Shown here one piece after another: positions 1 to 14,996 of a stretch of DNA of 64,000 nucleotides. The position numbers and the translations under genes were made by a program. This DNA comes from Trichoplax sp. H2 (Eukaryota): positions 62,001-126,000 of the forward strand of contig NOWV01000101.1 of the NCBI GenBank assembly GCA_003344405.1. Direction: 5' to 3'. Position 1 is the stretch's first letter. Each line of letters opens with the position of its first letter. The notes under the pieces were generated by a model. That model did no database searches, was not told where the DNA came from, and worked only from the letters and a program-made list of their open reading frames with translations.

Positions 1-358
1 TACAATTAGGTTAAAGGCTACTTTAAGTTATATTCATTACGTTGCATAAATAAGCACCGCGTCAAAAATTAATGACGATTAGGTATCTTTAAAATACTTC
101 CAAATTGTTTATCAAATTGTTTTATAATACTTTTATAATATCTAAATTACTTCTAATACAAGCATTACATCAGAATTATTGTAGGCACCCTATTGCTTCT
201 ACATTACTTTAATTAACACTGACACAAATATACGAGTAGATAACATTTATTATCGTTTATTACGAATATCGAATAATGAGCGTCTGTCATAAATCATCAA
301 CTTAGACTTAATTTATCTTAGTATCCATTATATTGTCAACAGCATAGCATATTTATAA

Positions 359-376
359 TCCTTAACTCTGCCTCAC
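359..376 (+). other. U12-type (minor spliceosome) branch site and AC 3' splice site of kinesin intron 1
   Basis: TCCTTAAC at 359-366, then AC at 375-376, immediately before the in-frame exon AAC GAG CGT GAA (NERE, which follows VRVRPF in kinesins). Confidence 0.8.
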
Positions 377-3300
377 AACGAGCGTGAAAATGCTCGGGGT
401 GCAACTGTTATCATTAACATGATCGACAAGACCACAGAAATTTCCAATCCTGCTGAGAAAAATGAAGAACCAAAACGATTTTCATTCGATTACAGTTACT
501 GGTCTCACGATGATTTTACCAAACGTGAAAGTGATGGCTATTTAGTACCAGCCTCTCCTCGATATGCTGATCAGGTAATTAGTTAGTGTTTCTGTATCAA
601 TAAGAAACTATTCTAATGCTAGAAATTACTGGCCAATATAAATACAATACTCTTTCCTGATTTCGAATTCTTCGAGATAAATGTCTTATATATTCTCGAA
701 TTGGATTAAACAACGCTCCTTATCCTATTTATTTTGTCTAGCTACGTGTATTTAAAGACTTGGGCCAAGGTGTCTTAGATAACGCCTGGAAGGGCTATAA
801 TTGTTCTCTATTCGCTTATGGGCAAACAGGATCGGGTAAATCATACTCTATGGTTGGCTATGGAGCTAATAAAGGTAATGCACCTATTGTACTTATCAGT
901 AACCCGTAAGAAATCTTAGCTGATGGTTACGTCTTCAAGAATTGCTATCTTAACTAGTCTTAAATCTAATAATTAACCTAAAAGGGCTAAAATAAATTAT
1001 AAGTAATATATATGGATACGCTAACTCCCAAATTTGATTTTAATTCATGTAGGTATTATACCTGTGGCATGTCAAGAACTATTTAATACCATAAATGAAA
1101 AGAAAAGTGGAGGAGATACGACCGAGTTTGAAGTAATTGTTAATTTATGTCTAATTTTATTGTACTTCAATCTAATTTCTCTTCTATTCTTGTCTTAATT
1201 TAATAGATTAATTTTAGTATGTTAGAAATCTACAATGAACAGGTAAGATTGATTACAATTAAATTAATACATGATAAAACATCTTTTACAGAACACTTTC
1301 TACTGGTTTTTTATACGTCCAAACTTATCATTTCACATAGTCAAAGTAATCCTTATATAATTAAAATTCATTATTTGCCATGACTAACTGTCTGTAGGTA
1401 CGCGATCTACTAAATCCTAAAGGACCAAGTGTGCAGAAAGGGGGTTTAAAAATTCGCCAACATCCCTCGAAAGGTTTCTATGGTAAGATATTGTTCCTAA
1501 TAAAATGTAGTTAAATGAAGCATCACAGGTCGATCTTTTTGGCCACTAAATCTACAACCTAGATTATGCATTTCCTTATTATTACCATATTAATCTTATC
1601 TCTTATTCAAAAAATTTTAAATTTTCTAACATTTTTATTAGTTGAAGAATTGAAGAATGTACCTGTTACTAGTTACAAAGATATTGAAAATAGAATGGAA
1701 GAAGGAACGCGTAATAGAACTATTGCAGCAACTAATATGAATGCAACAAGCAGGTTAATGCTCGTAATACTCAAATCTATTTACTGGAATACGTTGAGGA
1801 CTAACCCAGTTTATAGCTAGTAGATCAATCTATTGATGAAATACCTTCACTTTTTCTTTAATTTAGTCGCGCACATACAATTGTTGCCATTACATTTAAG
1901 CAAAAAACGAAAGCTAAAGGCAATCAAAGTATGACCCGAACATCGACAATGAACCTTGTCGATTTAGCTGGCAGGTAGATCTTATATAGTTTAAGTTTTA
2001 TATGCGTATAGTTTGATCGGCTTTCAAATTATTCTTATATTAGCTCAGCTTTATTGCTATAATTTTTAGTGATATAATAAAATCTTACATTTCTTTATTA
2101 GTGAGCGTGCAGAATCAACAGGAGCTACTGGAGATCGCTTGAAAGAAGGATCAGCTATTAATTTATCACTAACAATTCTTGGTAATGTTATTAAAGGTGA
2201 GTTGAAATCTTCCAACTACTTACTGTACTTTATATTACTATCAGGTGACTGTTATTAATATAGGAAATCATATCTTACCCGCCGATTTTCTTATTCTTTA
2301 ACAGCTTTAGCTGATCGTTCATCATCGAAAAAGAGTGTTATTGGTAAGTTTAGCAAGGGATGAGAGATTCCAATGTTTAGGATCCTAGAAAGTAGCCTAT
2401 AGCTGCAGAACTATAATCTAGCCTATATTTACTATTAAACTAATTTTGTCATCTCATTCTTCGATTAATCCAATAGTCCCATTTCGTGATTCTGCTCTTA
2501 CCAAATTATTAAAGAATGCCTTAGACGGAAACAGCAAGACCATTATGGTGAATCAAGATCTTTTAAATTAATCTTGTCATAATATGTGTTTCTACAGATA
2601 TCATAGATCTTACAATGATAATTACAGCCAATTCTAATTCTACCATATTCGTATCATTTAAGATTGCTGCTTTGAGCCCTGCTGATATTAATTATGACGA
2701 AACATTATCAACGTTGAGATTTGGTTAGAAGAAATCAATGCAATTCTTTTCATGTATTGTAATCTGGTATATCAGGATCTATTTTTATTGTATCTAACTA
2801 TTGCATTATATCTGGTTCTAATAGCTGATCGAGCTAAAAGCATCAAGACAAAAGCTGTTGTTAATGAAAGCCCTACAGAAAAATTAATTCGTGAGTTAAA
2901 GGAAGAAAATGCAAGACTTTTAGCTCAATTAAAAGGTGCAGGAACAGTCCAAGAAGTGAAAGTCAAAGATGACGGTAAATTAATGTAAAGCAAATTTATA
3001 ATCAACCATTAGATAGAGATTCTCATATTATAACATGAATCGTCAATAGGATATTATTTGTAACGCAACACTATAGAAAGATTTTCGTGATATGAGCCGA
3101 TAGAGAAATTATTCACATATCAACTGTATTTAGTTCTATTCCTGTAAAAAATAAATCCATGTACATCACGTAAATAATACCGTTACTAATAGTGTCGATA
3201 AGGCAGTAATACTCCAAAAATCTCAGCATTTATCCAAGTAATTATGATCTGAGATTAAATGATCAACATGATTTATTTTTTATAGTTGAAGTAGAAGAGA

Positions 3301-6300
3301 TGAGAAAAGAAATGGAAGAAGTGGTAATTTGTAAATAACTAATCTGATATCTAGTATGTCATTGATAGACTAATGTTTCTTTTATTCCTGGTATCTCAAG
3401 ATTCGTCAAAATGAAAGAGAGATGGAAGAGATGAAAAAATCGTGGGAGCAAAAATTGAAAGAATCCACAAAATCTCAAGAGGTTGTTATCTATTACCTTG
3501 ATGTGAATTTATTTTAAAAGTAACATCAACTTCTAGTTTAACCCATGCTTAATGTTGACATAATTAGGCTACTGAAGAGAACCGATTGCGTGATAAAAGA
3601 AAAACAACTCCACATTTATGGAATCTAAATGAAGATCCTCAATTAACTGGTGTTGTTGTACACTTCGTCGACCCAGGTTTTTACTCTAATTAAAATGCAC
3701 GAGGGGCAATATATATAAAGATTAGTCAATCTATCCTGAAAATGACAAAGAGGTGCCTTGCAAAATTTTAAATTTAAAAAATGATTTAATAGGTGAAAAT
3801 ACAATTGGCAATAGTAAAGCTGAACCGGAACCTAACATTGTCTTGAATGGCCTAAGGTTTATTTTTTACTTTGCTTAAATATATAATGATAAAAAATAAA
3901 CAGAGCTATTTACATGCTCAAATTGATAATAAGCATAATGATCACATATGGAAGCCTTGTATCTTATGATCGAATTTACTTTTATTATACAGTATTCAAC
4001 AGCAACATGCCATCATTAAATTCAAGAATGATGTTGTAACAATCTTTCCTGGTCCTGATCTGGCTAAAACTGTTGTAAATGGTGAACCAGTTACTGGAGA
4101 GACTATACTTCACCATAATGATCGGTGAGGCATCCATTGCCATATTTTACATACACGATAACGGTAGCAAAGTAGGCGCAGATTGATCGAACCTGGCTAA
4201 TCGTCAACTTTTAATTTAGGATTGTCTTTGGCTCGAATCATATTTACGTACTCAATTATCCAGCAGAGTTTAAGGCAGCGCAAGAAACAGGCAAAGAATT
4301 TCGAGAAGTAACATGGGATCTAATTCAGAAAGAAATTGCTAAAAGTTCTGGATTTGACATGGACACTAAGGGAAAATCGAAAGGTTAGAAATTGTTTAAT
4401 AAGTTATTTGTAACTATCATATTTGCTATTATATTATTTTATAATTGTTAAAATATGGCTCTGACATCAAGTGGTACAGCAAGTAAAGTTTTCGTGAATA
4501 TTAATAGTTGAAAATAAGAGCAACTTTATTTTTTAAAGTAGTTGATTTCCTATATCTATGACTGATAAGATTAAGACATTAAGTATTAGCTACAGTCTAT
4601 TTAAATAGTGGTAATAATCGATGATTAAGAGCAATGTCTTTAGTTAGCATTACTGCTATTCTGTAGCTATCAGATTATACTCGTAGCTTAACCTTATAAA
4701 ATTGACAACCACAGCTGGCAGTAATAGACTAAGATATATAGGACTGATATAGATATAAAGACGTTTATTTCATAACATTTAGAGGAACTGCTATTACAAG
4801 AAGATTTAATGAAAATTATGCAATTTATTAGCGAAGCTAATGCTATGAGTGAAGAGTTAAATAAGAAGGTCAGAAAGGGTTGTTACTATTTGAGTAGATT
4901 TTTATTTAGTACCAAATTAGTTTTTGACAGTTTTAACTGGATATGATAAAATAGGTCGTCTTTGAGATTGTATTAGTATCTCCACAAGCTCGAGGTCTAA
5001 AAGAAGGAAGAACGGAGGTAAAAATTATTCTATACCTCTCGATAGTAATGGAAATGAGTCAAATGACTTCCATTACTTATCTATATAATTTATTAATTAG
5101 TGTAAGTCTCATTCTTCTAATCTGCAATGACATCTTTTGCACTCTTTCATTCCAAACAATTGGATATAGATCTTCGTTAGAATGCGTAATTTACTTAACG
5201 ATGCATCTTGGCTATGGGACAAGGATAAGTTTATTAATCGAAAATTTCTCATGCAAGAAATGTATCAAAATTTCTTACAAACTGGAGAAAATAAAGTTGA
5301 TAAGGAGGTACAGTATTTAAACTTTAATTGACTGGAAAAACTGAATCAGAATAAACGAATTACCCATATTAAAAATAATACATTGACGACTTTACCTGGA
5401 TAATATTTATAGGAGGAAGATCCATTTTGGGAACCTAGCGATGCCTATGTGCTAGTTGGATCTGTACAAGTTTATTTAGAAACTTTAGCCTATATGGTAT
5501 TTCCAAATTTAATTCAATTTTGCATATAGTAATGAATCAAAATAGAGCACTGTTGTCGTCTAGTCGATCGCAATTAGTTTAAGATACTCATATGAAAGAT
5601 GGAAATGAAGAGGGATAAAAATTAGTACCTAAAATAATCTTTGAATGTCTTTTTTCTTTCCTCTTTTAGTTTGACATGGAGGAGTCGCTGAATATAACTG
5701 ATTTTAAAGGCAATCAAAATGGTATTATGAGTATTTCAGCTGTTCCTTGTAAAGCTGACGGAAGTGATTTAGAAGAAGATGCTGACGATATTGAAAGTCC
5801 AGAAGATCTTGTAATTTTTATTTCAATTTAATTCAATATCTTCATAAATCGTATCAGTGAAACATAGACTTTCAAATTTTAACTACACCAGCACTTTCTA
5901 GTAGATTTTCTCATTTTGTCCTCTTTATTTTGCTACTCTAGATTGGAAAAGCATTATATTTTAACCTTAATATCAATAATATTCGTGGATTGCCAATGAA
6001 ATATAATAAGGTAGTTCCATTTGTAACGCATATAAATTTCTTTGTAATAAGTATAGCTGTCACTTAGGAATCATGACGCGATTAATCTGCATATTTGCTA
6101 TGATTATTCGATCTAATAATGTTATATAATGTAATTATCGTCTTTTAGAAAGTCTACTGTAAGTACAAGTTTTACCTTGACACTAAAGAATACAGAACAA
6201 AAGTAGTTGAAGGTACAATCAATCCTGACTTCAAATATACGGAAAGATTTTCATTCCCAACAGTAACGAATCAGGTAAATAAAGCAACACTCCCTTCGAT

Positions 6301-7647
6301 AAACACCTCAACTAAAATTAAAGTTAATGGGAGAATTTTTTCATGTTCTATACATAGATAGCGATTAGTACTATCACTAAATATGTTAAGAATTGTTTTC
6401 GATTTTTTTGCTGCCGCATCTCGTATAACCAGAGTTAATCTCCTTTAACTTGATAGGAAATAGATCCCTCGATCATGTAATATTTATAGTATGCTTGAGT
6501 ATTATTTTACATCCGGCTACGTTAAAGTTTACTTTAATCATATTAAAAGTGTTAGTAGCTCCTTTATGGTATTTTGATTGATGGCTATGATTAAAGTAAA
6601 TTGTATGAAGGAAGGAAAAGACTGATAGGAATGAGATATCCTCCAAATTAATAATTATCTGTAGTTTAAAGGAATGATAGGAAAAATCGACAGTAAGAGT
6701 AAATTTTATCAAACTAGGTAACCAATTACTAATATACAACAATCTCATTTTATCTTATATTATAGCTAGTGGAATATTTAGAGAATCAAGCATTTACAAT
6801 TGAGGTTTACGGGCAGCAAAATATTGAGATCCCACAAAATAAAGTTGCGATGTCGACAAAACAATTACAACATGCAGATTCACTGAAACAAGGCAATTTG
6901 GCCATCAATGGCGGAAATGCTAACGCAGTAATGGTAGGTTATGTTGTATTTTTTGTCTATTGTTAGGCGTACTAGGATGATCAATCTCCAAAACTAAAAT
7001 ACTTATAAATAAATCTATCCAATAAGTACAATAAAATAGTCTGAACTGTCACTTCATTAGACACATCATCATTATATCTAAATTAGTTGATATTCCCGTT
7101 AATACTAGGATAAAGATGAAATTTTTAAGTTAAAATGCAGTTTAGCTGCGTCTGCAAGGCGATTAGCTAGAAAAGATGGAAAACTGGTTAGTTATATATC
7201 ATTCGATGGTTAATGGCATGATAGGGCTGTTTACATGTGCCTGACTATATCACTGATCTTATGAATAGGATTCATAAGTTAATTTATAAAACTGTACAAA
7301 TGTCATCTGATAAATTATTAATTCATTTAGAAACGTTTAAGTAAATTAGTCCGAGAAACCAGGACTCAAAAATTAGATGCCATCAAGGTAATGTTTTTAT
7401 CTATAGCAATATAAAAAATTTCAGCTTTATAACATAAGCTATAGTGACAGAATAGATGTAGTACGAACTAAAAGCTATTACTTGTCTCATCTAATATCTT
7501 GGTATAACGCTTTCATAATTACAGATAGATAAAGTGGAAAAAATTTTGAATACGGCTGATTCAAAATTATTTAAGAGTGCAGCAAAGTTGGTTATGATGC
7601 AAAAGAAAGCCGAAATGAATAACAGCCAAGTCTGCAGTATTCAATAA
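377..7647 (+). CDS. KIF28: Kinesin-3 family motor, KIF28/KLP-6-like (multi-exon, 5' partial: first exon lies upstream of the window)
   Basis: Spliced exons translate to kinesin motifs: NERENARG...[11 protein letters not shown] (377-574), P-loop [11 protein letters not shown] (742-874), [36 protein letters not shown], neck [20 protein letters not shown]. These are followed by an FHA region ([14 protein letters not shown]...LHHNDRIVFG), DPFWEP, a C2-like region and the end SQVCSIQ-TAA (7645-7647). Subfamily call is from recalled similarity. Confidence 0.9.
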
Positions 7648-8570
7648 CTCTTGATAGCAAATTTTATTTCTCCATAAAAAATGATGGCTGTCTTCACATC
7701 TTTTAAAGTTCCTAGTTTATAACATGATGTACCGCTTTAAATATTCGTAACGTCAATTTATTAAGTATCGTTATCAACAAAATATTTCTGTAGTGATTTA
7801 GTCACTGAGTATAGCGATTACTTTACTTTAATTTAGTTAGCTGTAATAACGATTAAAATGTATTACAGAGTATAGTAAAAGTTACCATGCTGACATTGTT
7901 ATTTTTGCTGCAATCGATCAACATAATTGACTGATGAAGTACGAGTATATAAAAGCACCTATACTACATATACAGCTATAAATTTTACTGTAACCTAGCA
8001 TGTATTTTATTGACAAGCGTTTTTACTTTAAAACGTACGTAACAATATTAGTCAAACAGCGCTAACCAAATATTGAAGGATATTTCTTTGACAATTGTAC
8101 TATTAGAATATAGTTAGTACATGCCAATCTTTTTTACCGTCATAATACGACAGCTTTTGTCATAAACCTAAATATACGTTGATAATAAATAATTTGAATT
8201 GATCCTGTCTAAATACTGTATTTCATTCCATTTCAGTATATTATAGTCATCAACTATTAAAATATAGTATCTGTTCTATATACTGATCAATTTCATTCTT
8301 ATATAAATTTTATATAAGCTCTAGTCTTGTGCATAAAGGAAATAAAAAAATTTGCATCATTACAAGACGATTATGAGATAGTCATGTCTCTCTATGATGA
8401 GTTTGCTACTTTTAGGGTTCTCCAGTAAAAATCTACAACTGAAGATGCCATCGTTAAGTAATCTTAACCAACAGCATTAGATGTAATAGAGACTGCAAGA
8501 TATACCCGTAAATACAAATATTGGCAACTATAGCTATCTAAGTTCGTGTAACACAGGTTCTCTAAAAGTT

Positions 8571-10626
8571 TCACTCTTCGCTATCAGTATTTTGAGAATT
8601 TTCAGATATATCTCCAAGCTCTATTTCTAATAAACGAATTTCCATAGACAATTGCTTAATTCTCATATTTAATTTTCCAAGATCTGTTGGCTCAGCAATA
8701 TACTTGTATGCTTTAGTAAATGCTGATTGCTTTTGGGGATCATCCTGTATAAGTAATATGGGTAGACATCAATTTAATATAAGCTACAGCTATAAATAAC
8801 GTTATAGCAAAGATCATTTCATACGTTAAGCTCGATAGATTCCTGCACTTGTGATAGATGATAGGCCACTGCAGCTTTTCTACGTAGTAATAACATGGTA
8901 TCGAAACCAGTATGGGCTATATTTGTAATATAGAGCAAAAAAATTTCAGAATTTTATTTACTGTAAATGGTGAAACAAAACTTTGGAAAACTTTAGATTT
9001 AAATTAGAATAAAATACCACAAATTGCAAGTGCTGCCCCACTAATGACCGAATTGAATAGAACAGGCAATGTGCCGCCTAAGTAAAACATTTTTTAAATC
9101 AAATTAAATAGTTTTCACTAGTTTTGTTATGCTATTAAATTGATAACAATGGTCGGTGTATTTACCAGAAATAGCGGTAATTGCCATTAACGTTAATCCA
9201 CCACAACCCGCAGTTTTAATATACGGGTGAACTTGATTGATGCCAGCAATGTCCGTATGGTCGGTAATTTTACGAAAAGCTGAAGGAATAAAGACTGGTT
9301 AATTTCAAGACAGTTACTAGTGCATCCGTTAAGTACATTACCATTGTATTTCTATCGTCCTAGACATTTAGTGCCAAGCACGATGAAATTATGAAATAAC
9401 AATGTCCATATAATAATTATACGGTTTAATCATTACGATATCATTATAACTTTAAATTCAAATCGTGGTAAAATTAAGTTCAATTTTGTATGACTTAGAT
9501 AATTGATTTGTGAAAGGCTGGCTATTATTATCCACACATTTAATTATTTTAGTATCAGCTAGCTTACTAAAAAATAATCCAGTCAAAATGGCGCCATTAA
9601 AGCCGAATGAAGCAGAATAGGTTAATTTAGGGCGTTTGATCCAAGCTGCGTAGGAAAAGCCAGCAACAACACCAGAAGCACCTGCGAACGAATGATTATG
9701 GTTGAATAAGTTAGTATGTATTATTTAGCTGAGGATAAACAAACAAGATGTTCTAGATTAGTTTGAGGTGCATTGATACTGTTGAAATTACCACTACAGT
9801 TTATAGTTTTGTGGATCATTACAACATTGAACGACATTATTTACATCAAACATGATCAACTGATTGAATGTATTCATGCAGTGACTACAGCATAGCAATA
9901 ATATCATAGAAGCGGCTAAAATTACATGATTGTAAACTACATACTCCTAAACTAATTTACAGTATATCATTGCTTAATCTAACGACAGACAACAAGTTGC
10001 TACCTTTTAGACGTATATGAATTGGCGCTGTTGTACTCACAACACTGTCTAGATAATTTCATACATGTTAACGTTATATTACATCTTTTGCATGATATTT
10101 GCGTATTCATAACTTCTATTAGAATATTACGATAACTACGTGATTATAACAAGAGAATTAAAGGACAGGAATAAGATTTCACCAATTGAATAGATAATTA
10201 TGGTATCTTGATCTATCATCTTCATTAAACTAATAAGCATCCGACTAAAAGAATGGGTTCAATATCTACAGGTTTACTTAAAGCCACTGCTATTTGTCTT
10301 TATGTTGTAATATTACCTGCTATGGAAGCATACTGTAATATTAAATAGGCTTCTTTTGGATTCTTTCGAACTCCATACTTATAGCCTAGGCCACAGACCG
10401 CACCTGCACTGCCTATTTAAGATTTATTACAAGTTAGTGATTTTCCTAAATATACTTGCTATGAGTATTACAAGGTTAAAGCTACTTGATTGACTATCAT
10501 GATGATAAGAGAAATTGAGGCTATTTTATTTTATTAGCCATCATAATTATTTGATGATAGATTCAAATAAGAGCCATAGGGCAAAGTACACCTACCTCCG
10601 ATCAGAATATACTTTGCATGATTCAT
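8571..10626 (-). CDS. Small multi-pass membrane protein (about 225 aa, 7 coding exons) with Gly-rich TM helices and a C-terminal coiled coil; Tim17/Tim22/Tim23-superfamily-like
   Basis: GT-AG exons join in frame: MNHAKYILIGG|SAGAVCGLGYKYGVRKNPKEAYLILQYASIAG|ASGVVAGFSYAAWIKRPKLTYSASFGFNGAILTGLFF|TFRKITDH...KTAGCGGLTLMAITAISG|GTLPVLFNSVISGAALAIC|AHTGFDTMLLLRRK...|DDPQKQ...LNMRIKQLSMEIRLLEIELGDISENSQNTDSEE-TGA. The gene structure is solid; the family call is inference. Confidence 0.7.
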
Positions 10627-12526
10627 GTGAATAGTCTAAGATGTTGAAAATTCCAGTAGTTTCTTAGTAATGACAATTTACTTAATTTAATGATTCAGCT
10701 GCAGTGAGTACTCGTATGAGCTCATTCGGCAAGTAGAACGAATTTGCTAGGGTTAGATGGTAGTTTAAGGATTGTAATTTGATGCAAAAGAATCAAATTC
10801 CAACACGATCTCCTGCAAGTATACAATACAGCTTAAACATTCATTGGTTCAGGATGGATTGAGCCAATCTATCGGTGATTATGCGATTTCTAGCAATGAA
10901 TGTGTCTAGTGGTAGCCAGATTGTGATAGATGAGAGTATAGACTTGAAGGAGAGTTTTACTCTTGTCTCTGTCGATGACAGCAAGCTCTACAATAATATA
11001 GAAGGGGATGGCAGAGCTCCAGCCAGGGTAGGTAAAAGGGTGAAGAAAAGGGAAATGTGGTCGTCAGCTCGATGGCAGCCTGCAGTACAGTAGCCTAGTA
11101 AGACTGTATCTCTTTCATACAAGTTTCACAACGAATGGATATGGTGATACAAATCTATAATGCAAAATGACCTAGAAATGTACTATAACAGCATACAACT
11201 GTATCCTTCATTGAAGTTTGAGCGCTAATTTACAATAAACTGTATGCTCATACTAATGTATAATGCCAAACCGCATGAAAGCGTCCCCTATCCAGTACAG
11301 TAGTTACAGCATAGGACTAGATATTAAATTAGTATACAGTAGGTGGAATGATGTCTTTCGCCAGGTCTCTATGGAAATCAGGCAGATATTTATGCTCACT
11401 TCTTGATTTCAATTCATTCGAGGTGGAAAAAGCTGAAAATCGACCTCAAAGATACTGTATAAGCAAGCTTATTGGTCATTTTCTCATATAAAAAATTGGG
11501 TTGTCCATGATAGTTATTGATACAACGCAGCCTAGACGGTTGTCATTCAAAATATTTTGTTTCTTTCTCAATATATTTGCTGATTGAGGATTAGCATGCT
11601 AAAGTACACCTTAAAGATACGAGCATTAACGCCTAACTATGGAGATTTCCAACATCCATTGAAACGATTATTATTTACCTCCGAGATGAATCAAACCCAG
11701 CGCAGAGTAAGTAGCTCAATCGCTGATCGATGCTAGCCTTTGATGCCTTGTAATCGCTGCTTTTTGTGCTTGATGAATATCTAAATTTACTGTACGTTAA
11801 TTTACATACTTGGCTAGCCATCATCAATCGTTGATGTAAGCAATCAAAGACACGTACACGGGTAAAGTATACTGCTTGCAATCTGTTATTATGTGTCTAA
11901 TCGTGTTGATGATGAGTGCTCTCCACTATGGGCTATTGGGAATCCATGCTTGTATGTGCAGTAGATATGGTTCGTAGCAGGACCAAACAGTTTTGTATTT
12001 TCTTATGTCGTTTCACGTAGTCCTTTAATGAATGATATTAAGGCTGATCCAATATCGAAATTTTAGTCAATTACAATCGCAAATTATTCATGTACAATCT
12101 GTTTACGTTGTCATCGCAGTGCAGTTGCAGCACAAATGCTACAATTAATGATGGTAAATTCGCGATCTAAATTATAGACTATTAAAAATCAATATCCGTA
12201 TCTAAATACACGATTCGTATTGGGTCGAGCAGTTTCTTATACTCCTATGTCGTTTGCATACCTTTAGGGCTTCCTAATAACTGATATTATAGTTCATTCA
12301 TTATCTAAATTTTAGTCAAAAGCAAATCATTGGCATTATAATTATCAGTAGGTGTATTGTGTCTGTAATCTATTTTAATCGCAGCATAAAATGGATAATT
12401 TATGATTGCAAACTAGTATTTTATAACATAAACTATTTTGGAAATCAGTGTCTGCCTATGCAATCAAGTACAGAAACGATCATAGTAATGCTCTTCTGTC
12501 TAACTTTCGCATCTACTATTATTGAT

Positions 12527-14996
12527 ATGGCTGTAACTAAATGGAAACGCCAGTTTGTAGATAGGGTACGAATATTTTGCAGAGGTGGAGGCGGTGGACA
12601 GGGTAAACCACGTTCAGGTGCAATGGGTGGAGATGGAGGCGAAGTATATGTTATAGCCAAGGACGGTGCAGCATTGTTCGATATTGCTCAGCGGAAAGAT
12701 AGGCGGTTTATTGCTGGCAATGGTGAAAATTGCAGGTATGGGATACATTGGAGTGCTTGCATAGATCGTGTTATTACAGTCACTAGCAAGTGGATGCGTA
12801 ACAATAGTTTATAGTTGAGAGAATTTTCTACTCAACGTTAGTATCCTGCCGCGGAATATTCAATTGCATTAGGTGGATTATATTCCCTTGTAGAGAAAAG
12901 CCTTACTTCCTGACATGCAAACTAAATTGAAAATAACGCCTATTATTTATTGATGATGTGCTTCAATTTTTAGTCGCCAAGCGTTCAATGGTCATAAAGG
13001 TAAAGATTGTAGGATTGCAATTCCAACAGGGACGCTTATAACTTGTTTAGACTCAAAGAAAGTCTTGGTATCGCTGGATAAAGTAGACAGTACTTTTACA
13101 GTTGCTAAAGGAGGAATGGGAGGATGCCCACAAACTGGGCCAAAATGGTGTGGTTTGAAAGGTCAAAAACGGATGATTTCTCTAGAATTGAAACTTATTG
13201 CAGATGTTGGACTGATAGGGTAGCTGGCTATAAACGCAAATAATAATTATTATATCCATTACAAATAGCATTTCAATGATGCAATCACTAGCTACTGATA
13301 GTTTATATAGTTTATGACAATATTCGAAATGATACTCTGTACAGTTTTTAGCAACGTATGTAAATGTGGATTATTGCATCATTGACGTAATATAATTTAC
13401 TATCGTTTTTAAATTGGTTAATGACTTCTGTTATTCACACTAGTTTTCCTAATGCAGGAAAATCGACTACATTACGTGCCTTAACTGGTGCTAAACCTAA
13501 AGTGGCCAACTATTCATGTATGACATCAATTGATAATCTAAAATTGATCAAATTAAACTAGTTTTTTATTATTTACATTCTAATACCTTTCCTTATTTCT
13601 CTTTAGTTACAACAATTCGGCCTCACTTAGGAACAGTTTTCTATCCAGATTATGTTAAGGTGCGTAATTACATTAATAATAATAATAATAAGTACTGTAC
13701 TTTACTGTGGTCTCATCGTATTATTTTATCGTGATATCCCAGGCAGAATCGATTTATCTTCTAATCCATTTGATTTATATTCAGTCAATCAACTATCGGT
13801 CAAAATATGATTCCATGCTTTTCAGGTGAGAATTGCTGATTTGCCGGGGTTAATTGAAGGTGCGAGTCGAAATGTTGGCATGGGCCATAAATTTTTGAAA
13901 CATGTCGAACGTACTAAGCTATTGTTGTTCATAGTAAGTCCAACAAAATCATATCTATGCATATGGTACTCGTAAGTACTAAAATAGTGATAATAAATGT
14001 GAAACCGTCAATAAAATATCCTCTAGTTCTCGTAATAATAATATTATCATTATACGAGTTTGCATGTACGCACGATAACTATACCGTTAGTTAACTGGCA
14101 ATGGTCAATCATCGCTTTGGCTTACAAAACTAACTCAGTATAATATGTCATGAATTCTTATGTATCTACTAAATTCCGCTTAAATCATGTTGCTGTTGAT
14201 GTTGATTATTATATTATCGTAACGTGATTTTTCACCTATATGACTTACTTATTCTTTTACAGATTGACATCAATGGATTTCAACTTTCAGAAAAGTTTTC
14301 GTTTAGAACACCTTTAGAAACAATCAGTCTTCTTGCTCAGGTGCGTTTATAAAACTAGCCAAGATTTTACAATTGCTAAAAGATCGACTTTGCTTGTTCA
14401 TGCTTATAGGAGCTAAAATCTTATAGTCACGAGCTGCTTAAACGTCCAAGTATTATTGCTATCAATAAAGTGGAGGGACGGCAAGGACAACGGAAATTCG
14501 ACGAATTAATATCCAAGATGGATGCAGATTTGAGTATGGACATTCAATTCCAAAATTTCACTTTAAACGTAAAATCCATGCAAAAGGAATTACTGCGTTC
14601 TTTCATGCTAACAAGTATCGGTAGAATCTACAATGTACTGCATGAAAGTTTTTTGTTACAATGGTACTCTTAACAGGAAACGTGTTTATATAGAATGTCA
14701 ATGATATAATTACAGCTGAGATCACCGCAACTGCAGTCATAGAACTGTCTTTTATTATCAATACATTATTGCAAATAGTTACTCGTAACTTACGTATATA
14801 CGCGTATTTATATATATATGCATGCTTGTAATATCAACATCTTATCTTTCACTTAGATGGTAACAACAATAGCAACGACAACTGGCCAAATTGTATGCAT
14901 CTTTGTCCGATATCAGCAAAACATTTAGAAGGAATTGAAGAATTAAAAGTGAAGATCCATCAAGTTATCACCGATATACGAGCTAATCAGTCATAA
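12527..14996 (+). CDS. GTPBP10: Obg-family GTPase, GTP-binding protein 10 (mitoribosome assembly)
   Basis: [26 protein letters not shown]...GGDGG (Obg fold), [21 protein letters not shown] (G1), [12 protein letters not shown] (G2), [29 protein letters not shown] (G3), [15 protein letters not shown] (G4), ISAKH (G5). Stop TAA at 14994-14996. Confidence 0.9.
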
